Positions 21,623-29,598 of a DNA stretch of 32,000 nt are shown here, one piece after another. The translations under genes and the position numbers were made by a program. The DNA is from Candidatus Saccharimonadota bacterium (GTDB lineage Bacteria > Pseudomonadota > Gammaproteobacteria > Enterobacterales > Enterobacteriaceae): assembly GCF_000090965.1 (NCBI RefSeq), contig NC_008513.1:180001-212000 (forward strand). The letters are read 5' to 3'. The notes beneath the pieces were generated by a model that saw only the letters and a list, made by a program, of their open reading frames with translations, was not told the origin of the DNA and made no database searches. Numbering within the stretch: the stretch's first letter is position 1; the number at the start of each line of letters is the position of its first letter.

Positions 21623-22375
21623 TTACAAAATATTATTTATTTTTACAAACATATAAAATCTAAATAAACATATAATTAAAAAAGAAAAAATTATATTATT
21701 ACATATATTTAAAAATATAATATTTTTATATATTGAAAATATAAGTATTTTTTTAAAAAAAATCATAATTAAATATTTTAGTATAAACCATATTAAAATA
21801 ATTGGAATAATAATTAATTTATATTTTTTAATTATTAATATACTATCTTTAAATGCAATAAAAATATTTTTTTTTTCTGTTAAAAAAATTATAGGAGTAA
21901 AAGAAAACAAAATATATGATAATATTTCAGAAATTTTAAAGTTATAAAAATTATTTTTTATTGAAAAAAATTGAAAAAAAATTATTAAAAATAAAAATAA
22001 TAAAATTTGTAAAATTTTAGTAAGAATAATATATAAATTTTTTTTTATGGAAAATGAAATAGATTGTATTAAATAAATAGTAAATATATATAAAAAAAAA
22101 ATAGAAATTAAAAAACTAATTATTTTTATACTTTTTATGTAAAAAATAATATTTTTTTGATTATTATTCATACTGTTAATTATATTTAAATAAGATAATT
22201 TTTTAAAATAATTAATATTATATAAAATTAATAATTTTTTTTTTTTTATGTTAAAAAAAATTAATATGATGAAATTTATTAATGTACTAAAAATAGATAG
22301 TAATAAAATATTTATTTTATTATTTTTTAAAAATCTATAGGCATCATAAATTATAGTATATATTTCAAAAATCAT
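21623..22375 (-). CDS. yciC: Inner-membrane protein YciC (UPF0259 family)
   Basis: This 250-aa polytopic hydrophobic protein compares with 247 aa in E. coli. The C-terminal LFRFYMF matches YciC LFRLYML. It neighbours yciA as in enterobacteria. Confidence 0.7.
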   Translation of the reverse strand: MIFEIYTIIYDAYRFLKNNKINILLLSIFSTLINFIILIFFNIKKKKLLILYNINYFKKLSYLNIINSMNNNQKNIIFYIKSIKIISFLISIFFLYIFTIYLIQSISFSIKKNLYIILTKILQILLFLFLIIFFQFFSIKNNFYNFKISEILSYILFSFTPIIFLTEKKNIFIAFKDSILIIKKYKLIIIPIILIWFILKYLIMIFFKKILIFSIYKNIIFLNICNNIIFSFLIICLFRFYMFVKINNIL

Positions 22376-22787
22376 GTATTTCCCTTATATAAATTTTTAA
22401 TTTTTACTTTAAATTAATTATTAATTATTTTTTATGAAATATTATTAAATATTATTATTAATAAATTTTTTAGCATCAAAAAATTTATAAAATTTATAAT
22501 ATATTTTTATTTAATATATAAAAATTTAATAATTTTATTTTAAAATTAGTATTTAAAATAGCTTATTACAAGAAATATTTATTTTTAAAAAATATTATTT
22601 TTTATAAAATTAAGATATTATAATAATTTTTATTATAAAAAACATCTATATATTATATATTTTATTAATAAATTTTAAATTTCTGTTATTTATGATATAT
22701 TTTTTATTATTTGAAAAATTTTTTAATATCTATTATGATATAATTTTTATTTATATAAATAATAAAAATAAGAAATAGGTATTTAAT

Positions 22788-23518
22788 ATGGCAGAGAAAA
22801 TTCAAAAAATATTATCAAATTGTGGTGTAGATTCACGTCGTAATATTGAAAAACATATTTTAAATAAATCATTAAAAATAAATGGAAAAATTGTACATAT
22901 AGGGGAAAGATTTTTAAAAAAAAATATTAAATCGATATTTTTAAAAAAAAAAAAATTTTTATAAAAAATGAAAAAACAAAAATACTTATATATCATAAGC
23001 CAGTTGGAGAAATATGTACTAAAAAAGATCAATATAATAGAATTACAGTTTTTAAAAAATTACCAAAATTATTTTTTTCAAAATGGATTAGTATTGGTAG
23101 ATTAGATATTAATACATCAGGTTTATTATTATTTACTAATTTTGGAGAATTAGCACATAGATTAATGCATCCTAGTTATAGAATAAAAAGAGAATATCTT
23201 GTTTGTGTTCTTGGAAAAATTTTAAAAAAAAAAATACTTTTACTAAAAAAAGGAATTTTGATTAATAATTCTATTTCTAAATTTCACGAAATTATTTTTT
23301 TAAAAAAAAAAAAAAAAAATCAATGGTTTAAGGTATCTTTGTTTCAAGGAAAAAATAGAGAAGTTCGTTTATTATGGAATGCTATTAATATCAAAGTTAA
23401 TCGATTAATTCGAATTAAATTTGGAATAATAACATTACCTAAATTTTTGAAATCTGGTTGTTTTTTTGAATTATCTTATCAAAAAACAAAAAATATATTA
23501 AGTTTAGTAAATTTATAA
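22788..23518 (+). CDS. rluB: 23S rRNA pseudouridine synthase RluB, interrupted by a frameshift inside an A13 tract (22943-22955)
   Basis: The ATG at 22788 opens MAEKIQKILSNCGVDSRRNIEKHILNKSLKINGKI.. (S4 domain, cf. E. coli [24 protein letters not shown]), which stops at 22962-22964. Frame 2 is open from the tract onward: IFIKNEKTKILIYHKPVGEICT...WISIGRLDINTSGLLLFTNFGELAHRLMHPSYRIKREY...GKNREVRLLW...RLIRIKFG. The catalytic GRLD Asp motif is intact. One extra A joins the frames. The ORF-track entry 23165..23518 is only the part after the first in-frame Met. Confidence 0.85.
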
Positions 23519-23604
23519 ATAAAAAATTTTTAAAATTTCTATAAAAATAATTTTTTTTTTATTTACTAATTTAATAAAATCAATTAATAAAATTACTATT
23601 ATTA

Positions 23605-24426
23605 TTAATTTTTATAAAACAATTTTTTTTTATAAATTTTGCTTAAAAAACGTGTTTTTTTTAATATAAATTTTAATATATTTGAATAACCTACACATAT
23701 AGTTTTATTTTTAATATAATTATGTCCACCTAAAATATCTGTTATAAGAGCTCCAGATTCTTTTATCTGTAATTCCCCGAAAAAAAAATTTGATTTTTTT
23801 TCATTAAAACTAACATATGCATTAATTTTTCCAGAAGATAAATATGCTAAATCTAATATTGAACAACCAGATTGTCTTATTGAAATTTTTTCCTTTAATA
23901 ATTGTTGCATTAATGAAATATATAAATTGATATTTTTTTCATGTTTATTTTTATAATACAATGTTATAATTGTATTATAAATATTTTTATTATATTTGTA
24001 ACATCTAGTTCTAAAACCATTTAATTGAGCTCCTTGACCTTTAATTGCAGTAAATAAATCATTTTTTATTGGATCATAAATAACTGATATATATGTTTGA
24101 TTTTTTTCTTGTATAATAATAGATAAACAAAAATGAGGAATTTTTTGAATAAAATTTTTTTTTCCATTTAATGTATTAATTATCCAAATATTTTTGTTTG
24201 TTTGGATTTTTTCTTTAGAATCTATATTTAAAATATAATGTCTAGGGTATGATTGTTTAATCAAATTATTTATAATAGAAAAAGTTTTTCTTTTTATTCT
24301 TTTAATATACTTAAAATTTTTTTTTTTTTCTATATCACAAGAAATATTTTTTAAATCATAATTTTGTGCAATAATTTTTCCACCTGCTCTAATAGCTCTA
24401 ATAGCAATATTTAATATAGGATTCAT
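23605..24426 (-). CDS. suhB: SuhB (inositol monophosphatase family / Nus-complex factor), with degenerate catalytic motifs
   Basis: The protein is colinear with E. coli SuhB: MNPILNIAIRAIRAGGKIIAQNY vs MHPMLNIAVRAARKAGNLIAKNY, YDPIKNDLFTAIKGQGAQLNGFR vs YDPMRNELFTATRGQGAQLNGYR, and LDLAYLSSGK vs LDLAYVAAGR. However, DPLDGT is NTLNGK and WDFAAG is SNFFFG. Confidence 0.85.
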   Translation of the reverse strand: MNPILNIAIRAIRAGGKIIAQNYDLKNISCDIEKKKNFKYIKRIKRKTFSIINNLIKQSYPRHYILNIDSKEKIQTNKNIWIINTLNGKKNFIQKIPHFCLSIIIQEKNQTYISVIYDPIKNDLFTAIKGQGAQLNGFRTRCYKYNKNIYNTIITLYYKNKHEKNINLYISLMQQLLKEKISIRQSGCSILDLAYLSSGKINAYVSFNEKKSNFFFGELQIKESGALITDILGGHNYIKNKTICVGYSNILKFILKKTRFLSKIYKKKLFYKN

Positions 24427-24571
24427 ATAAAAATACTCTCTTGTTATGTTAATATTTACTGTTATAAGATAATTTTTATAAATAAAAGTTTACCTTTATT
24501 TTAAAAGATAAATTTTATATCTATTTTTATAAAACTATTTCTAAAGATAATTATATATATTGGAAATAAAT

Positions 24572-25651
24572 ATGTGTAAAAAAAATATTTTATCAAATAT
24601 TAAAAAAAAAAAAATTAATTTATTAAATTTTAATTTAAAAAAAATGATAAATTTTTTTATAAAAATAGGAGAAAAAAAATTTCGAGCTATTCAAATCACT
24701 GATTGGATTTACAAAAAACAAAATATAAAATTTGATCAAATGAGTAATTTAAATTTTTTTTTAAAAAAAAAATTAAATAATATAGCTGTTATTAAAATTC
24801 CAAAATGTATAAAAAAAATAAAATCGATAGATGGCACTATTAAATGGAAATTTTTATGTAATAAAGAATTTATTGAAACTATATATATTCCAGAAAAAAA
24901 ACGTGCTACTTTGTGTATTTCTTCACAAGTAGGATGTCAATTAAAATGTAATTTTTGCGCTACTGGTCAATTAGGATATAAAAGAAATTTATTGGTTTCA
25001 GAAATTATTGGTCAAATTTGGTATGTTATAAATAAAATAAAAAAATATAATAGCAAAAAAAAAAATTTTCCTCCTATTAAAAATATTGTTATGATGGGTA
25101 TGGGAGAACCGTTATTAAATTTAAAAAATATAATAATAGCAATAGATATTATATTAGGAAATTATGGTTTTAATTTTTCTAAAAATAAAGTAACTTTATC
25201 GACTTCTGGTATTGTTCCCGCTATTAATAAAATAGCTGGAAAAATTGATATTTCTTTAGCAGTTTCTTTACATGCATCTAATAATACTATACGTAATAAA
25301 ATTATGCCAATAAATAAAATTTATAATATTCAATTATTATTAGAATCTATAAAAAATTATTTAAAAAAATCTTCTGCAAATAAAGGAATAGTAACTATAG
25401 AATATGTTATGTTATCAAAAATTAATGATTTTCAACATCATGCAATTGAATTATCAAATTTATTAAAAAATATACCATGTAAAATTAATTTAATTCCATG
25501 GAATCCTATTAAAAATTCTTCTTATATTTGTAGTAGTAGTAAAAATATTATAAATTTTGCTAATTTTTTAAGAAAAAAAGGTTTTATTGTGATTATTAGA
25601 AAAAATAGAGGTTCTGATATTCAAGCAGCATGTGGGCAATTAATAGCTTAA
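24572..25651 (+). CDS. rlmN: Dual-specificity rRNA/tRNA adenine-C2 methyltransferase RlmN (radical SAM)
   Basis: The radical SAM motif CQLKCNFCATG, the upstream Cys (CISSQVGC) and the C-terminal GSDIQAACGQL are present. The ATG at 24572 is preferred over the TTG at 24560. Confidence 0.9.
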   Translation: MCKKNILSNIKKKKINLLNFNLKKMINFFIKIGEKKFRAIQITDWIYKKQNIKFDQMSNLNFFLKKKLNNIAVIKIPKCIKKIKSIDGTIKWKFLCNKEFIETIYIPEKKRATLCISSQVGCQLKCNFCATGQLGYKRNLLVSEIIGQIWYVINKIKKYNSKKKNFPPIKNIVMMGMGEPLLNLKNIIIAIDIILGNYGFNFSKNKVTLSTSGIVPAINKIAGKIDISLAVSLHASNNTIRNKIMPINKIYNIQLLLESIKNYLKKSSANKGIVTIEYVMLSKINDFQHHAIELSNLLKNIPCKINLIPWNPIKNSSYICSSSKNIINFANFLRKKGFIVIIRKNRGSDIQAACGQLIA

Positions 25652-25732
25652 TATTATTTTAAATAAGTAATATTTATTTATAAATATTAAGTACACAAAT
25701 AATAATAGTATTAATATAGGAAATTATAAAAT

Positions 25733-27010
25733 ATGAATGTGTCATATCGATCAATTCGCGGAATGCACGATCTTTTTTTTTTAGATACTTACGAATTAAA
25801 TCGAATAGAAGTAATAATTAAAAATATAGTACATTCCTATGCATTTTCAGAAATTAGATTACCAATAGTTGAAGAAACAAGATTATTTACTAAAGCTATT
25901 GGAAATGATACTGATATTATTAATAAAGAAATGTATAATTTTTATGATAAAAAAAAAAAAAAAATTTCTTTACGACCAGAAGGAACAGTAGGTTGTATTC
26001 GTGCATGTATACAAAATAACATTTTTTATCAATCTCAAATTCAAAAATTTTGGTATCACGGTCCCATGTTTCGTTATGAACGACCTCAAAAAGGACGTTT
26101 TAGACAATTTCATCAATTTGGAATAGAATTATTCGGCTCAAAAAATATAATTTCTGATTATGAACTTATTATATTAACAATAAATATTTGGAAAAAATTA
26201 AATATATTAAAATATTTAACTTTAGAAATAAATTCAATTGGTTCTATAGAAGATAGAGTAAAATACTCTTTGGATTTAAATAGTTTTTTAAAAAAAAATA
26301 TACATAAAATAAAAAAAAATAAAAAAAAAATATTATTAAATAATTCTATTAGATTATTAGATAATAAGGATATTTATATAAAAAAACTATTAAAATCTGC
26401 TCCAATATTAAAAAATTATTTAAATTTACAATCATGTATTCGTTTTAAAAAACTATGTAATTTATTACATTATTTTAAAATAAAATTTATTATAAATAAA
26501 AAACTAGTTAGAGGATTAGATTATTATAATGATACAGTATTTGAATGGAAATCTAATCTTTTAGGATCAAAAAATACTATTTGTGCAGGCGGTCGTTATG
26601 ATCATTTAGTAAAATTTTTAGGAGGAAAAGACAATCCAGCAATTGGTGTAGCTATAGGAATGGATAGATTATTACTTTTAATAAAATCTATTTATTTAAA
26701 TAAATATAATTTTTTTCTTATAGATGTTAATATTATTTTTTTAGAATCAATATATTTAAAATTAGCTATAAAAATATCAGAAGAATTGCGTGTTCTTTGG
26801 CCTGTTTTAAAAATTAATACATGTTTAAATATTATTAAAAAAAAAAATTTTTTTAAATATTCTAAAACATCAAAATCAAAATATTTATTAATTTTATCAT
26901 CTACATTTTTAAAAAATAATAAAATTCATTTAATAAATATTTCAAAAAAAGAAAAAAAAACAATAAATTTTACTAGAATTTTTCAAAATCCGTGTATTTT
27001 TAATCATTAA
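25733..27010 (+). CDS. hisS: Histidyl-tRNA synthetase
   Basis: IRGMHD, LRPEGT, motif 2 MFRYERPQKGRFRQFHQFG, AGGRYDHL and AIGVAIGMDRLL are present. The gene contains an in-frame A16 run at 25949-25964. Confidence 0.93.
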   Translation: MNVSYRSIRGMHDLFFLDTYELNRIEVIIKNIVHSYAFSEIRLPIVEETRLFTKAIGNDTDIINKEMYNFYDKKKKKISLRPEGTVGCIRACIQNNIFYQSQIQKFWYHGPMFRYERPQKGRFRQFHQFGIELFGSKNIISDYELIILTINIWKKLNILKYLTLEINSIGSIEDRVKYSLDLNSFLKKNIHKIKKNKKKILLNNSIRLLDNKDIYIKKLLKSAPILKNYLNLQSCIRFKKLCNLLHYFKIKFIINKKLVRGLDYYNDTVFEWKSNLLGSKNTICAGGRYDHLVKFLGGKDNPAIGVAIGMDRLLLLIKSIYLNKYNFFLIDVNIIFLESIYLKLAIKISEELRVLWPVLKINTCLNIIKKKNFFKYSKTSKSKYLLILSSTFLKNNKIHLINISKKEKKTINFTRIFQNPCIFNH

Positions 27011-27122
27011 TTATGATATATAGTTATTTTTATATTTTTAAAAATTTTAATATTATTAAATAAATATATATTAAATAATATAAATTTATTATCATTTTTA
27101 AAATAAATATAAGAAAATTCTT

Positions 27123-28376
27123 ATGATAAACACAAATTTAAAAAATTATGATCCAAAAATTTGGAAACTAATTATAAAAGAAAAAAAAAGGCAAGAATCA
27201 TATATTAATTTAATTGCATCAGAAAATTATGTTAGTTCTTCTATTCTTGAAGCTCAGGGATCATGTTTAACAAATAAGTATGCTGAGGGATATATTGGAA
27301 ATCGTTTCTATAACGGATGTAATATCATTGATAAAATTGAAAAAATTGCAATTAAAAGAGCTAAAAAATTATTTAATGTTGAATATGTAAACGTTCAACC
27401 TCATTCAGGATCACAAGCTAATTTTTCGGTATTTAATGCTTTATTAAAACCTAATGATATAATTTTAGGAATGAACTTAAATCATGGAGGACATTTAACT
27501 CATGGATCAACAGTAAATTTTTCAGGAAAACTATATAAATCATTTTCTTACGGAGTAAATAAATGTGGTGAAATTGATTATGACGCATTAAAATATTTAT
27601 CACATTTGCATCGTCCTAAAATGATTATTGGAGGATTCTCTGCTTATTCAGGAATTTGTGATTGGAAATATATGAGAAAAATAGCAGATGAAATTAATGC
27701 ATATTTTTTTGTTGATATTTCACATATTGTAGGTTTAATTGTTGCAGGTATTTATCCTAATCCATTAAAATATGCACATGTTGTAAGTACTACAACACAT
27801 AAAACTTTAGGAGGTCCAAGAGGGGGTTTAATTATTTCAAATTGTGGTAATAAAAAAATTTATTCTAAATTAGATTCATCAGTATTTCCTGGAAGCCAAG
27901 GTGGACCTTTAATGCATGTTATTGCTGCTAAAGCAATTTCTTTTAAAGAAGCTTTAGAACCAAAATTTTTTTTATTACAAAAAAATATTTTATTTTTTTC
28001 TAAAAAAATGGTTAAAATATTTTTAAAAAGAAATTTTTCTGTTATTTCTGGAAAAACTAATAATCATTTATTTTTAATCGATTTGTCTGAAAAAAAAATT
28101 TCGGGTAAAGAGGCTAGTAATATTTTAGCTTTAGCACGAATTATAGTAAATAAAAATACCATTCCTAATGATTCTCAAAGTCCGTATATTACTTCAGGTA
28201 TTCGTATTGGTACTCCTGCTATAGTTAAACGAGGCATAAGTATTAAGTATGTTATTAAAATTACTAATTGGATTTGTGATATCTTAAATGAACCTAATAA
28301 TTTAATAAAAATAAAAAAAATTAGTAAAAAGATAAAAAAAATTTGTTATAAATATCCCATATATAACAAGATTTAA
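27123..28376 (+). CDS. glyA: Serine hydroxymethyltransferase
   Basis: 417 aa, the same length as E. coli GlyA. NLIASENY, HSGSQANF and the PLP-lysine motif TTTHKTLGGPRGG are present. Confidence 0.95.
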   Translation: MINTNLKNYDPKIWKLIIKEKKRQESYINLIASENYVSSSILEAQGSCLTNKYAEGYIGNRFYNGCNIIDKIEKIAIKRAKKLFNVEYVNVQPHSGSQANFSVFNALLKPNDIILGMNLNHGGHLTHGSTVNFSGKLYKSFSYGVNKCGEIDYDALKYLSHLHRPKMIIGGFSAYSGICDWKYMRKIADEINAYFFVDISHIVGLIVAGIYPNPLKYAHVVSTTTHKTLGGPRGGLIISNCGNKKIYSKLDSSVFPGSQGGPLMHVIAAKAISFKEALEPKFFLLQKNILFFSKKMVKIFLKRNFSVISGKTNNHLFLIDLSEKKISGKEASNILALARIIVNKNTIPNDSQSPYITSGIRIGTPAIVKRGISIKYVIKITNWICDILNEPNNLIKIKKISKKIKKICYKYPIYNKI

Positions 28377-28482
28377 AAATTTAAATATTTAATTTATATT
28401 AAAAATTTTTATTCATATAAATATAAATTTTATATATATATTATACTATAAAAAATTTTATTTATATTTTTTATTTAAAATA

Positions 28483-28519
28483 AATAATTATGTTACATGG
28501 TTTTTGTAACATAATTATT
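28483..28519. terminator. Candidate bidirectional terminator hairpin between convergent glyA and pgl
   Basis: A perfect 15-bp inverted repeat, AATAATTATGTTACA (28483-28497) with TGTAACATAATTATT (28505-28519), has a 7-nt loop TGGTTTT. Flanks are T-rich on both strands. Confidence 0.5.
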
Positions 28520-28552
28520 GTTATTTTAATTTAAAATTTTTTATAAAAAACA

Positions 28553-29539
28553 TTATTCTATTAAAATCCATAATGGATTTTTTCCGATTAATTGTTTTTT
28601 TTTAAATATTAAATATCCATTTTTAATTGCATAAATTGTCATAGAATTTGATAATTCTCCTAAAACTATTAAGATTTTTCCATCTTTACTAATATTAAAT
28701 GATCGTGGTTGTATTTCCGTTTTATAAGATTTTATGTAAGATAGATGTCCAGTATTTTTATTAATAATAAAGAATGTAATAATATTATTAGATCGATCGC
28801 AAGCATATAAATATTTTTCGTTAGGATGTATATGAATTTCAGAAGACCAGGGAATATTTGTATATTTTTTTGGTATTAAGGAAATTGATTGTTGTAGAAT
28901 GAGTAAATATGAAGAATTATTAATATTCCATACATCAATTGTTCCATTTAATTCATTAATAGAATATAAATAATTTTTAATAGGATGAAATATAATATGT
29001 CTAGGACCGCTATTCTTAGTAGTATAAATAATATTTTTTAAAAATAAATATATTTTATTTTTTATATTTTTAATTTTATATATATAGATTTTATCTTCTT
29101 TTAATGCAGTAATATAAATTAATTTATATTTATAAAATATTTTAATAGAATGACATCCTATAATTTTTTTAAAAATATAAATTTTTTTTTTAATTAATCC
29201 ATTTTTATTTAAAATAAATACAATAAATCCATTTCCATGATAAGAAGCACAAAATAATATTTTTTTTTTTTTATATAATGTAATATAATTTGGTGTATTA
29301 AATATATTTATTTCATTTTTTTTTTTAAAAATATTATTATTAGATAATTTATATGTAATTATTTTATTTGGATTTTTTATCCCTATATATAATAATTTTT
29401 TATTTTTATTAAATTTTAAGGGTTGTGGTGTACCTTTTACTGAAATAATTTGTTTTTTTAATAAAGAATAATTTTTTTTTAAAATCCAATACTCTACTTC
29501 TTTACTATTAGAACATGAAATAAGAATTTTTTTTTTCAT
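28553..29539 (-). CDS. pgl: 6-phosphogluconolactonase (YbhE-type beta-propeller)
   Basis: [28 protein letters not shown] compares with E. coli Pgl [51 protein letters not shown] compares with [38 protein letters not shown] compares with TETQPRGFNVDHSGK. Length is 328 aa against about 331. Confidence 0.88.
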   Translation of the reverse strand: [328 protein letters not shown]

Positions 29540-29598
29540 ATCTACCTTAATTAAAAATATTTTATTTGATAAATAATATTAAAAATTAATAGTTAAAA

